DNA from: Candidatus Amesbacteria bacterium
GTDB lineage: Bacteria; Patescibacteriota; Microgenomatia; CAZETR01; Amesbacteraceae
Assembly: GCA_963736875.1 (NCBI GenBank)
Contig: CAVTQH010000002.1
Span: 270,663-334,662, forward strand
Length of the DNA: 64,000 bases
Reading direction: 5' to 3'
A model generated the notes under the pieces. It was not told the origin of the DNA. It did not search any database and was given only the letters and a program-made list of their open reading frames with translations. The translations under genes and the position numbers were made by a program. Below, piece by piece: positions 18,568-27,588 of the stretch. Position 1 is the first letter of the stretch, and each line of letters opens with the position of its first letter.

Positions 18568-18642
18568 ATATCTTTCTCGCAATACGACCCCAATTTTACC
18601 CTCCCCGGCTACAGCTGTAAATCTATTTATGTTTTTAGCGGT

Positions 18643-19695
18643 TTAACCCGTAAGCTTTGGTATCCAGGGAATTTTATGTACCAGGAAGGCAACAGAAAAC
18701 GAAATAACTGCTGTTAATCCGAAAAACAACGGATCAAACCAAACCTGGGTAACCGTCAGGGCAGGGGAGCCGGAGAACAGATATTTACTAAAAAGTTTCC
18801 ATATGATTTCCAGCACCCACACATGTACAAAAAATACAAAAAATGACCTGCCTGACAATCTTGTCAGAATATTTTCTTTGGTTTTTAAATTGGTAAACCA
18901 ATAATATCCGCCGGCAAACAGAGCCAGCGTGTAGACCGCAATACTCGGCCTCCATTGGGAATAAAAATCGACATAATTCCAGGAAGTCAGATACCGGCTG
19001 CGTCCTTCATAGAATATATAACCGGCCAATACAGCAGTAATTACCGGCCAGATATATTTTAAGCGGCGGACCAAAGTCAAAATCCGGTCTGTCTGGTGGC
19101 AGGCCACCATCCCCAGCACAAAAAATAAATAATTTAATACAGTGATTCTTAACGGATCCGGCATCACAATGGCATGCCGGTAATAATCGGCATACAGAAG
19201 TCCCGCTTCCGCTCCGGCTAAAATTACCAGTACCCACCATTTGGATATCCATCTGTAGAACTTATGCAGCAGGGGAAATATCAGATAAAGAAGCAGAAGC
19301 GGGGGAATAAAATACAGCTGATACGAGGAATTGCCTCCGATTAAAGTCTGCATAAACCCCATATCATGTTGGGTATAGACAAAATGATAATAGATTAAGC
19401 TCCAGAAGACGTACGGTATAAGAATTTTACCGGTGCGTTTTTTCAGATAGGTAAAATATCCGGTTCCGTCCCGGTGGGAAAGTTCCAGCACAAAACCGGA
19501 AATCAGAAAGAACAGCGGGACTGCAAACCGGCAGACCTGATTTAAAAAAAGCGACAGAGGGACTTCCGGCAGGTTCATATATACCGACTCGATGGTTCTG
19601 CTGGTGGTATGGATAAGGATAACCGCGAGGATTGCGGCAGTTCTTAATGCATCCATTGCTATGTCCCTGCCCGGCAATAATATTTCCTTCACCAT
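18643..19695 (-). CDS. Acyltransferase family 3 (OatA-like) membrane protein
   Basis: 'MDALRTAAILAVILIHTTS' N-terminus typical of PF01757. Ten TM helices. Confidence 0.75.
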   Translation of the reverse strand: MVKEILLPGRDIAMDALRTAAILAVILIHTTSRTIESVYMNLPEVPLSLFLNQVCRFAVPLFFLISGFVLELSHRDGTGYFTYLKKRTGKILIPYVFWSLIYYHFVYTQHDMGFMQTLIGGNSSYQLYFIPPLLLLYLIFPLLHKFYRWISKWWVLVILAGAEAGLLYADYYRHAIVMPDPLRITVLNYLFFVLGMVACHQTDRILTLVRRLKYIWPVITAVLAGYIFYEGRSRYLTSWNYVDFYSQWRPSIAVYTLALFAGGYYWFTNLKTKENILTRLSGRSFFVFFVHVWVLEIIWKLFSKYLFSGSPALTVTQVWFDPLFFGLTAVISFSVAFLVHKIPWIPKLTG

Positions 19696-19762
19696 CCGAT
19701 TTTACCTGAAATTTCTGCCATTTGACAAAACCGGGAAATTCGGTAGACTGTATCCACTCTTG

Positions 19763-20380
19763 ATGAATAAAAAACTTGGTTTGATAATCGTCGCAGTCAT
19801 CCTGATAGCTCTGGGTTTGGGCGGATTTCTTTTATTAAGTAAAGGCGGTAAAACCGCTCCCGTTACTTCCGGGACTACCCCGGAGCCTTCATCTTCCGCA
19901 CAAAAAATGTCTTTAAGGTCGCTGCTTTCATTCACCGGCAGTCAAATGTGTAATTTTTCAGACATTGAGTCCACCACCAGTGGTCAAATCTATATGTCCG
20001 CCGGCCGGGTCCGGGGTGATTTTTCCACCATAGTCGAAGGAAATGTAGTCAAATCTCATATGTATACCGACGGTCGGGAAATGTACTTCTGGATGGACGG
20101 AAGCGCCTCCGGTTTTAAAAGCAGCCTGACCGTTACTCCGTCACCGGAAGCCGGAAAACCTGCAAACGAAAATGTCGATCTGGACCGCCAGTCGGATTTT
20201 GATTGCGGTCCCTGGACTGCGGATGACTCCCTGTTTGTTTTACCGGACGGGGTAAAATTCTCGGATCTAAGTACTCTGATGGCAGTCCCTACGGGTGGTC
20301 AGGCATCCCCCTGCCAGACTTGTGACCAATTGACCGGTGATACGGCAGTCCAATGTAAGAAGGCACTCAATTGCCCGTAG
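19763..20380 (+). CDS. Hypothetical secreted/membrane-anchored Cys-containing protein (ORF extends to 19592 but ATG at 19763 gives a signal anchor)
   Basis: 'MNKKLGLIIVAVILIALGLGGFLLL' anchor. Four C-terminal Cys residues. Confidence 0.45.
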   Translation: MNKKLGLIIVAVILIALGLGGFLLLSKGGKTAPVTSGTTPEPSSSAQKMSLRSLLSFTGSQMCNFSDIESTTSGQIYMSAGRVRGDFSTIVEGNVVKSHMYTDGREMYFWMDGSASGFKSSLTVTPSPEAGKPANENVDLDRQSDFDCGPWTADDSLFVLPDGVKFSDLSTLMAVPTGGQASPCQTCDQLTGDTAVQCKKALNCP

Positions 20381-20399
20381 CGGTATACTTAAGATAGTG

Positions 20400-20867
20400 G
20401 TGAAGTGGAAAGAATTAAGTCTAAGTCTTATTCTTTGTCTGGGAGCCGGGATTATCGGCTCGGTATTTACCGCCCCGGCAATTACCTCCTGGTATGCTTT
20501 CCTGAATAAACCGTTTTTTAATCCCCCGAATTGGATTTTTGGGCCGGTTTGGACACTTCTCTATATTCTGATGGGCATTTCCCTTTATTTGGTTCTTATT
20601 TCCAAGTCAAAAACAAATGGCTATCACCAGGCACTGCAGCTTTTTGCTATCCAGCTGGTTTTCAACATTCTCTGGTCGGTGATCTTTTTTGGTCTGAGAA
20701 ATCTTCTGGCTGCATTTTTGGAAATAATTATTCTCTGGATTGCCATTTTACTGACCTGGCAAAAATTCGGAAAAATATCCCGGACCGCTGCCAACCTGCT
20801 TATTCCCTATATTGCCTGGGTCAGCTTTGCCCTCTTGCTCAATCTGGCAATCGTAATTTTAAACTAA
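20400..20867 (+). CDS. tspO: TspO/MBR family protein, second paralogue (GTG start; ORF in track from 20337)
   Basis: 'NKPFFNPPNWIFGPVWTLLYILMGISLY' matches the TspO signature. Confidence 0.65.
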   Translation: MKWKELSLSLILCLGAGIIGSVFTAPAITSWYAFLNKPFFNPPNWIFGPVWTLLYILMGISLYLVLISKSKTNGYHQALQLFAIQLVFNILWSVIFFGLRNLLAAFLEIIILWIAILLTWQKFGKISRTAANLLIPYIAWVSFALLLNLAIVILN

Positions 20868-20908
20868 ATGTTGCATTACAGGGAGAATTTAGTTAAGGTA
20901 GCTTAACT

Positions 20909-22123
20909 ATGGAAGAACAGATCCCGGTAAGTCCCGCTCCGGAAATTACCGAAACTCCTCCGCCCGCCGTCCCCGAAAAGAAATCCCTGAATTGGAAACC
21001 ATTACTGATTGTCGCCACCCTTGTCCTATTTATTTCCGGCGCCGGTGCGGGATTTTATATTCTTTCGGGGAAAAACTCCCAACCCTCACCTTCTCCCGTT
21101 CCGGTTTCAGCCCAGCCTCAGGTTCAGCCGGAATTAATCCTCAGCCTCACCAGTCCGGCCATGGATTCGGTCCTCGAAAGTAATCTTCTCAAAGTCAGCG
21201 GTGTTACTTTGCCGGATACGCCTGTGGTTTTATTGACAGAGGATCATGACAACACAATTCAAAGTAATGACGCCGGGATTTTTGAGGGGGAGATTGAATT
21301 GGAAAACGGAATCAATACTCTGACCGTAATCGCCATGGGTGAAAACGGTGAGGAAAAGGTGATATCTCAGGAAGTGGTCTATGACGGGCAGGTGTTGGGA
21401 GAAAGTACCATTGTTTCAAAATTTGACAAGACAGGGAAAACTTCCGGAAAGAAATTTGTAGCCGATGATATTGAGACTTTAACAAAAATGTATATAGTTG
21501 ATAAGCAGACTAAATACGTCGATGAGAAAAATAAACCCATTTCTGCAACAAAGGTTAAACTGAATAGTAAAGCATTGGCAATTTTGGAGGATGAGGTTTC
21601 CACTCCTGCCGGTTTACTGAAAAAAGCAGTTAAAATACTCGTCCGGTCAGCTACTGATTCCGCTCAATTGAAAATCTCCGGGCGCCGGGCTATCCAGGGC
21701 GTGGTCATAAATATCGAAGGTCAAACCCTGCTTCTTTCCCACCAGATTCAGCGTGACCGGCAATATAAAGTGACCGTTAATGAAAGTACAGTTTTAAAAA
21801 TAAAGGATGTAACAAATCCGACTATGGCCCAAATCCAGGTGGGACAGCGGATAATTGTAACCGGCAATCTTTCGGAAAATGGGGATATTGTTGCCACCGG
21901 AATCTTTGTGATTCCGGGGAAAGCTTCCGGCATATTCAACCGCCAGCCGGTAACCCCCTTTCCCACTCTGACTCCGCTTCCCACTTCAGTCTCCACTCCC
22001 TCGGCAACGCCGACCACATCTCTTTCACCGACCCCTTCGCCCACCCTGACTCCGGCACCGACACTTACACCTACACCGACACCCACGGTAACTCCGGAAC
22101 CATCACCGACCCCTGCGATTTAG
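20909..22123 (+). CDS. Hypothetical membrane-anchored protein with C-terminal Thr/Pro-rich tail
   Basis: N-terminal TM anchor. C-terminal about 60 aa of TPxPTPT repeats. The antisense 'GVGVG' ORF is an artefact of this repeat. Confidence 0.5.
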   Translation: MEEQIPVSPAPEITETPPPAVPEKKSLNWKPLLIVATLVLFISGAGAGFYILSGKNSQPSPSPVPVSAQPQVQPELILSLTSPAMDSVLESNLLKVSGVTLPDTPVVLLTEDHDNTIQSNDAGIFEGEIELENGINTLTVIAMGENGEEKVISQEVVYDGQVLGESTIVSKFDKTGKTSGKKFVADDIETLTKMYIVDKQTKYVDEKNKPISATKVKLNSKALAILEDEVSTPAGLLKKAVKILVRSATDSAQLKISGRRAIQGVVINIEGQTLLLSHQIQRDRQYKVTVNESTVLKIKDVTNPTMAQIQVGQRIIVTGNLSENGDIVATGIFVIPGKASGIFNRQPVTPFPTLTPLPTSVSTPSATPTTSLSPTPSPTLTPAPTLTPTPTPTVTPEPSPTPAI

Positions 22124-22608
22124 ACCGGTATTTTCAGCTTTTCCAATGTCTGTATATCCAGATTTTCGGCCGGATATTCGGTCAGCAGTTTGGTTACCCA
22201 TTTCCTTCTGATAATATCGACCCCCAGATTAACCAGAAATTCAAATTTAATATCGGCTTTGGAATCCGGAAGTACCAGTACCGGCTGGACTTTGAGATCC
22301 AGGGCGGTTTTTCCCCTGATCAGTTTTTTTGTTGCGGCTGACTGTGCCTGCATCTCTTTTAGAAGTTTCTCCCCCGACCGGCCGGAGTATTCCGTTTGAC
22401 GGCAAAGTTTCAAAAGCCAAATACCGGTGGGACCAATAATCAAAGTCTCTGCACTTTTGTAATGCAGAAACTCCGCCGGCAGGGTCTTGAGAATTTTTAT
22501 AAATTCCCCTTCGGCTTTTTTCTCTTCAAAATAATCAACCACGGCTTTAAAGACCAGTCCCAGTGCAAAAATTCCCGCCGACCAGGTAACAACGCCAATC
22601 ACTTCCAT
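22120..22608 (-). CDS. NERD (nuclease-related domain) protein, membrane-anchored
   Basis: 'ETLIIGPTGIWLLKL' resembles the NERD core 'DHLLIGPxGIFVIExK'. N-terminal TM helix. Confidence 0.5.
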   Translation of the reverse strand: MEVIGVVTWSAGIFALGLVFKAVVDYFEEKKAEGEFIKILKTLPAEFLHYKSAETLIIGPTGIWLLKLCRQTEYSGRSGEKLLKEMQAQSAATKKLIRGKTALDLKVQPVLVLPDSKADIKFEFLVNLGVDIIRRKWVTKLLTEYPAENLDIQTLEKLKIPV

Positions 22609-22615
22609 GTGTCTT

Positions 22616-23572
22616 CTAGTCTATCAACTCCATTTCCAATGATCCACCCGTGTGTGTTCTTTTGATGACTTCCGAAAGAAGCGGAGCCACTGAGCACAGA
22701 TGAATCTTCGGGTGAGCCAGTACTTCTTTTGTCGGGGTTACGGTATCGGTGATGATTACCCGTTCGATAGCATCGTTTTTCAGCCTTTCCAAAGCTTCTC
22801 CGGAAAAAATACCATGGGTGGCTACAACCACAATTCTGCCGGCTCCCCGCTTTTTAAACAAAGTAGCCGCGTTTACCATGGTTCCGGCCGTATCCAGGAT
22901 ATCATCCACTATTACCACATCTTTCCCCTTGACATCACCGATCATGTCCAGAGCCTGCGAAGAATTTTTTACCTGAGTATCGCGTTCTTTGTAAACAATA
23001 GCGATATTATCCGCTTCCAGCCTGATGGCATATGCATTGGCCCTGGCAACTCCTCCCTTATCAGGAGAAGCCACCACCAGATGTTTGAGTTTAAGCTTTT
23101 TGATTATCGGAATTAAAGAATAACTGGCGTAGAGATTATCCCAGGGGCATTTGGTAAAACCCTGCTGCTGATCCGAATGAATATCCAGTGTAATAATCCG
23201 GTCCGCTCCGGTGTGTTCAATCAAATCGGAAATTAAAGCTGAACTGATCGGTACCCGGGGATTGTCTTTCCGATCCTGACGGCTATAGGCAAAATGCGGG
23301 ATCAGAGCCGTAATTTCACCTGCAGAGGCGCGCCTGGCAGCATCAATCATTAGAAGCAGTTCCATCAGATGATCATTTACCGGCGGACTGGTTGACTGGA
23401 TAATAATTACATGTTTATTTCTCACGGAAACCGGAATTTTTACCATAATTTCCCCGTTGGCAAACACGCTCACCGGCTCATAAAATTCGTGTTTTAAGAG
23501 TTTTGATATTTTTCCTGCCAATTCCGGAACGGAGGTCCCGGACATAAGTATCATTCCGTCTGTCTTTGACAT
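22616..23572 (-). CDS. prs: Ribose-phosphate pyrophosphokinase (PRPP synthetase)
   Basis: PRPP-binding loop 'VVIVDDILDTAGTM'. Flexible-loop and 'ITLDIHS' motifs. 318 aa. Confidence 0.9.
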   Translation of the reverse strand: MSKTDGMILMSGTSVPELAGKISKLLKHEFYEPVSVFANGEIMVKIPVSVRNKHVIIIQSTSPPVNDHLMELLLMIDAARRASAGEITALIPHFAYSRQDRKDNPRVPISSALISDLIEHTGADRIITLDIHSDQQQGFTKCPWDNLYASYSLIPIIKKLKLKHLVVASPDKGGVARANAYAIRLEADNIAIVYKERDTQVKNSSQALDMIGDVKGKDVVIVDDILDTAGTMVNAATLFKKRGAGRIVVVATHGIFSGEALERLKNDAIERVIITDTVTPTKEVLAHPKIHLCSVAPLLSEVIKRTHTGGSLEMELID

Positions 23573-23626
23573 AATCTCTGGTCGGATAATACCACTGTTA
23601 TGATTATTTGGTAATCACTTTGTGCT

Positions 23627-24106
23627 ATGCTTTCGGGTATGAAAGTCTTCTCCCTGGTTTTGGCGTCGGCTTTCGTAATTATTGCCATGGTCCTTATCCC
23701 CAATGTCTTAATGGGATTGAATCTTGATTTGAATCTGCCCGTATATACTTTCCCTTATGTAAATTATTTCGGAATGTTAGTTGTGTTTTCAGGTGTGCTT
23801 CTGGATCTTTATTGCATATATTTATTTCTGACTTTCGGCCGGGGTACACCTGTCCCGGTTGACCCGCCTCAGATTTTGGTTGCCAAAGGTATATACTCCC
23901 ACAGCCGGAACCCGATGTATATAGGATACCTTTTAATAATTCTCGGGGAATTTATTTTTTTCGGACATCTTCTGCTTTTAGGTTATTTCTTCCTGGCCGT
24001 GATTTTGATTCACCTGTTTATTGTCCTTTATGAAGAACCGATACTCAAAAAAAGATTCGGAGAAACTTATTCGGAATATCTGCAGAAAACTCCGCGCTGG
24101 GTATGA
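23627..24106 (+). CDS. Isoprenylcysteine carboxyl methyltransferase (ICMT)/phospholipid methyltransferase family membrane protein
   Basis: 'GIYSHSRNPMYIGYLL...LYEEPILKKRFGETYSEYLQKTPRW' is the ICMT/PEMT C-terminal signature. Confidence 0.65.
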   Translation: MLSGMKVFSLVLASAFVIIAMVLIPNVLMGLNLDLNLPVYTFPYVNYFGMLVVFSGVLLDLYCIYLFLTFGRGTPVPVDPPQILVAKGIYSHSRNPMYIGYLLIILGEFIFFGHLLLLGYFFLAVILIHLFIVLYEEPILKKRFGETYSEYLQKTPRWV

Positions 24107-24435
24107 CCGTACCTTGCCCGTTTTGTAATCAGCAAATAGATTCCACTGCTTTCTTTTGTCCCGTGTGCGGCAAGAATGTCCGGATCAAACCCCTGTCTAC
24201 CACCGTCGGCACCCAAATTCTTGTTTATCTATTAAGTGTTCTGGTTCCTCCGTTTGGTTTGGGTCTAACTTTCCGCTATTTGAAATCACCTGATCCCAGA
24301 GCCAAAAATATCGGTAGGATATCAGTCATTCTCACTTGTATTGCCTTAATCTTTGTCTGCTGGTTGACCTTTTATTACACCCGAAAAATTACCGACCAGG
24401 TAGATCAGGAAATGCAGAAATATCTGGGATTTTAG
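24103..24435 (+). CDS. Zinc-ribbon domain membrane protein
   Basis: 'CPFCNQQIDSTAFFCPVCG' is a CxxC-x9-CxxC ribbon, followed by two TM helices. Confidence 0.45.
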   Translation: MTVPCPFCNQQIDSTAFFCPVCGKNVRIKPLSTTVGTQILVYLLSVLVPPFGLGLTFRYLKSPDPRAKNIGRISVILTCIALIFVCWLTFYYTRKITDQVDQEMQKYLGF

Positions 24436-24439
24436 ACCT

Positions 24440-24748
24440 TTACCATCTGGGCCTGCGGGGTCCGCGGGCATCTCGGTCACGGTTAAAATCGTCTCTCGGT
24501 GCCTGTGGTCTGGCTTCGGATACCGCAACGGTTCGTCCGTCCAGGTTTTGGCCGTTTAATTTGGTAATAGCGGTTTTAGCTTCTTCTTCAGAACCCATTT
24601 CCACAAAACCAAATCCCTTGGACTTGCCGCTCATGCGATCGATAATTACTGTTGCCGATGTCACTTTTCCCGCCTGAGCAAAAAAAGCAGACAGATTGGC
24701 ATCAGTCGTATCCCACGACAGACCTCCTACGAATAATTTTGTTGCCAT
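24440..24748 (-). CDS. RRM-type RNA-binding protein (RNP-1/RNP-2)
   Basis: RNP-2 'KLFVGGLSW' and RNP-1 'KGFGFVEM'. Arg/Asp-rich tail. Confidence 0.8.
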   Translation of the reverse strand: MATKLFVGGLSWDTTDANLSAFFAQAGKVTSATVIIDRMSGKSKGFGFVEMGSEEEAKTAITKLNGQNLDGRTVAVSEARPQAPRDDFNRDRDARGPRRPRW

Positions 24749-24881
24749 TTTATTTTGTCACCCCCATCCTCGTATTACTCTTTCTCAACAACTGTTTTTT
24801 TAACTTGCTTAAATGAAGCTGCAGCGATCAAAAGAAGTATCTAACGTACCATTATACCAGATTTCAAGTTATAATTAACAA

Positions 24882-25133
24882 ATGGCCCAGGCAAAACAAC
24901 AAAAAAACGAAACCTTTACCGTCAAAGGTGATGAACTGGTTAAAAGGATCAAGGAGCTGATTCACGAGGGAAATGTCCGTAGGATTATTATTAAGGATAA
25001 GAATGGAGTTTCTTTAATCGAATTTCCGCTTACCTTAGGTGTAGTCGGTTCGGTTTTTGCTCCGGTTTTAGCCGCCGTCGGTGCTATGGCTGCCCTGGTA
25101 ACGGAATGTTCCATTACTGTTGAGAGAAAATAA
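24882..25133 (+). CDS. DUF4342 domain protein
   Basis: 83 aa. 'GNVRRIIIKDKNGVSLIEFPLTLGVVG' fits the DUF4342 beta-hairpin region. Confidence 0.45.
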   Translation: MAQAKQQKNETFTVKGDELVKRIKELIHEGNVRRIIIKDKNGVSLIEFPLTLGVVGSVFAPVLAAVGAMAALVTECSITVERK

Positions 25134-25568
25134 TTACTGCCCTGCCGGTGTTGGTGTCTGATTTATATCAAAATCTCTGATTATCGGATTCAACTGGATA
25201 TTGGAAGCCGTGACACTCCCGTCTGAATTGGTCTGTCCGAACACCGCTACCTTTTCTCCGACCTTCAAATCAGCAGAAGTAGCCGTACCGGCTTTATTAA
25301 TAACGGTGTTATCACCAAAAATTACTATTTTGCTGCTTCCGTCCGGCATTTTTACCGTGATGGAATCGGTATCACTTCCTATAATCTCTCCGTTTACCGG
25401 TCTGAAGGTATTGGGATTTCCGCCGGTTCTGTTTCTTAATCCGGAAGCTGTACCGAATTGTCCGAAACTTACAGGTCTTTTATTTTGCTGATATTTAACC
25501 CCGCCGAAAAATCCCGCTCCTGCAGTTAAAAGCGCAACAATAACGGTGATGACAATTGATTTATTCAT
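25134..25568 (-). CDS. Secreted hypothetical protein (DUF5666-like repeats)
   Basis: Signal peptide. Repeated 'G..V.V.G..dGS.TA..IQL' units. Confidence 0.4.
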   Translation of the reverse strand: MNKSIVITVIVALLTAGAGFFGGVKYQQNKRPVSFGQFGTASGLRNRTGGNPNTFRPVNGEIIGSDTDSITVKMPDGSSKIVIFGDNTVINKAGTATSADLKVGEKVAVFGQTNSDGSVTASNIQLNPIIRDFDINQTPTPAGQ

Positions 25569-25647
25569 CTTACTTTTTTAGCCCTCAAGCCGGCGATTAG
25601 TGATGTAAGTAAAATCTAACAAACCAAACTGAAAAAAAGCTGAAGGT

Positions 25648-26871
25648 TTATTCATATCTTAAGGCTTCGATCGGCTGCAGTTTGGCGGCTTTCTGTGCCG
25701 GGTACCAGCCGAATAATACCCCGATTCCGGCCGAAACAGTAAACGCCAGCAGGACCGAACCGGGTGAGACCACAAAGACTGAATTGTTGACTTTCGAATA
25801 CACAAAAAATCCCGCAATTCCCGTCACAATGCCGAAAATTCCGCCCACAAAAGTCAGAATCACCGATTCAGTTAAAAACTGTGAGACTATAACTTTCTTT
25901 TTTGCCCCCAGTGCTTTTCTCAGACCGATTTCTCTGGTTCTTTCAGTCACTGACATCAGCATGATATTCATGATTCCGATCCCGCCGACCAAAAGTGAGA
26001 TTGCTGCCACTCCCGTCAGCATCGAGGTAAAAGTTCCGGCTACCTGAGACGCGGTTTCCAGAATATCGGCCTGAGACATGATGCGGAAGTCGGCATTGGC
26101 TACCTCTGAAATTTTATGCCTTTCCAATAATAGATACCCCACTTGATTCTGCGCCGTCGTCATCACTTTTTCACTTGCAGCTTCCAGCGCGATCGATGTC
26201 AGATGTTTCACTCCGAAGATCTGCTTTTGGGCTGTTGTCAGTGGTACATAAATTCTGTCATCCTGGTTTTGGAAACCCGAGCCACCCTTTGATTTTGTTA
26301 CCCCTATGACCTGGAAAGTTTTTCCTGAAATTCTGATCGATTGACCTACCGGATTTACTCCTCCGCTGAAAAGATCCTCTGCCACAGTCGGTCCTAAAAC
26401 CGCAACTTTGGACATTGCTGTTACATTCTGCAGGGTGATAAATGATCCTGAGGTGACAGCCAGTTTTCTGACTTGGGAATAAACCGGTTCCACGCCTACA
26501 ATGGTGGTATTTGTGTTATTCCTCCCGGCGGTTACCTGGGCCCGGCCGGTATATTCGGGTGAAACGTTTTTCACCGTTGTAATTTTGGCCGAAGTTTTAA
26601 TCGCCTGGGCATCTTCATTTGTTAAAGTTGTCCCTCCGCCCATCGCCCCGCGTACCCCTCCCGACGATTGGAATCCCGGTGAAACCGTCAGCAGGTTTGA
26701 CCCGATCGACTCGATCTGGGATTGAACGGCCAGTTTGCTTGCCTGCCCCATCGACATCAGGGCAATCACGCTTCCGATCCCGATCACAATCCCGAGAATC
26801 GCCAGGCCGGTCCTCATTTTATTTACGGCCAGGTTTCGGATTCCGTTTTTCAGTAGTTTTTTAATATTCAT
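25648..26871 (-). CDS. ABC transporter permease, MacB/FtsX family
   Basis: N-terminal TM helix, large periplasmic MacB_PCD domain, C-terminal FtsX four-helix bundle. C-terminus 'KAAKLQPIEALRYE' is near-identical to the gene 1 fragment. Confidence 0.85.
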   Translation of the reverse strand: MNIKKLLKNGIRNLAVNKMRTGLAILGIVIGIGSVIALMSMGQASKLAVQSQIESIGSNLLTVSPGFQSSGGVRGAMGGGTTLTNEDAQAIKTSAKITTVKNVSPEYTGRAQVTAGRNNTNTTIVGVEPVYSQVRKLAVTSGSFITLQNVTAMSKVAVLGPTVAEDLFSGGVNPVGQSIRISGKTFQVIGVTKSKGGSGFQNQDDRIYVPLTTAQKQIFGVKHLTSIALEAASEKVMTTAQNQVGYLLLERHKISEVANADFRIMSQADILETASQVAGTFTSMLTGVAAISLLVGGIGIMNIMLMSVTERTREIGLRKALGAKKKVIVSQFLTESVILTFVGGIFGIVTGIAGFFVYSKVNNSVFVVSPGSVLLAFTVSAGIGVLFGWYPAQKAAKLQPIEALRYE

Positions 26872-27581
26872 GCTTTTTTTGATTTTCGTTGCTTATGTCC
26901 GTTGCCGTCCTGGACAATCTTTCCGTCCCGGATATGAATGATCCGTTTCGCATATTCCGCGATATCCGATTCATGGGTAATCATCACTATTGTATGTCCT
27001 TGTGCATTCAGCTTCTGGAATATTTCCATGATCTCTTCGGCCTGGGTAGTGGCGATATTTCCGGTCGGTTCGTCAGCCAAAAGTATTGCCGGATCCATCA
27101 CCAGTGCCCTGGCTATGGCGACCCGTTGCTGTTGTCCGCCCGAGAGTTTATTCGGGGGGTAATTCATCCGGTCGGACAGTCCCACCATCTCCAATAATTT
27201 TATTGCCTTCTCGGGTTGTTCTGTTTCAGATATTCCGGCATATTCCATGGGTACAATGACATTATCCAACGCAGATGTCCGGGGCAGAAGGTTGTATGCC
27301 TGAAAAATAAACCCGACTTTTTTATTCCTGATTTCCGCCAATTCATCATCACTCAAGTTTCCCACATTCTGCCCGTCCAGGCGGTAGCTTCCGCTCGTTG
27401 GCAGATCCAGGGCTCCCAGAATATGCATTAATGTGGATTTTCCCGATCCTGACGGTCCCATAATTGCCACAAATTCCCCTCTGTCAATATTTAAAGATAC
27501 ATCCGACAGAACCACCGTTTCCAAATCATCGGTTTTATACACCTTTGACAGATGGTCCACTTGAATGATCGGGGTTGTCAT
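26868..27581 (-). CDS. ABC transporter ATP-binding protein (MacB/LolD type)
   Basis: Walker A 'GPSGSGKST'. Signature 'LSGGQQQRVAIARAL'. Walker B 'ILLADEPTGN'. Confidence 0.9.
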   Translation of the reverse strand: MTTPIIQVDHLSKVYKTDDLETVVLSDVSLNIDRGEFVAIMGPSGSGKSTLMHILGALDLPTSGSYRLDGQNVGNLSDDELAEIRNKKVGFIFQAYNLLPRTSALDNVIVPMEYAGISETEQPEKAIKLLEMVGLSDRMNYPPNKLSGGQQQRVAIARALVMDPAILLADEPTGNIATTQAEEIMEIFQKLNAQGHTIVMITHESDIAEYAKRIIHIRDGKIVQDGNGHKQRKSKKA

Positions 27582-27588
27582 GACAGTT

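Noticed and set aside
21748-22086. Minus-strand ORF 'MGVGVGVSVGAGVRVGEGVG...' and similar GV-repeat ORFs (4837-5022, 34641-34919)
   Set aside because: Antisense reading of Thr/Pro-rich (ACNCCN) linker regions of real plus- or minus-strand genes. Low-complexity artefacts.
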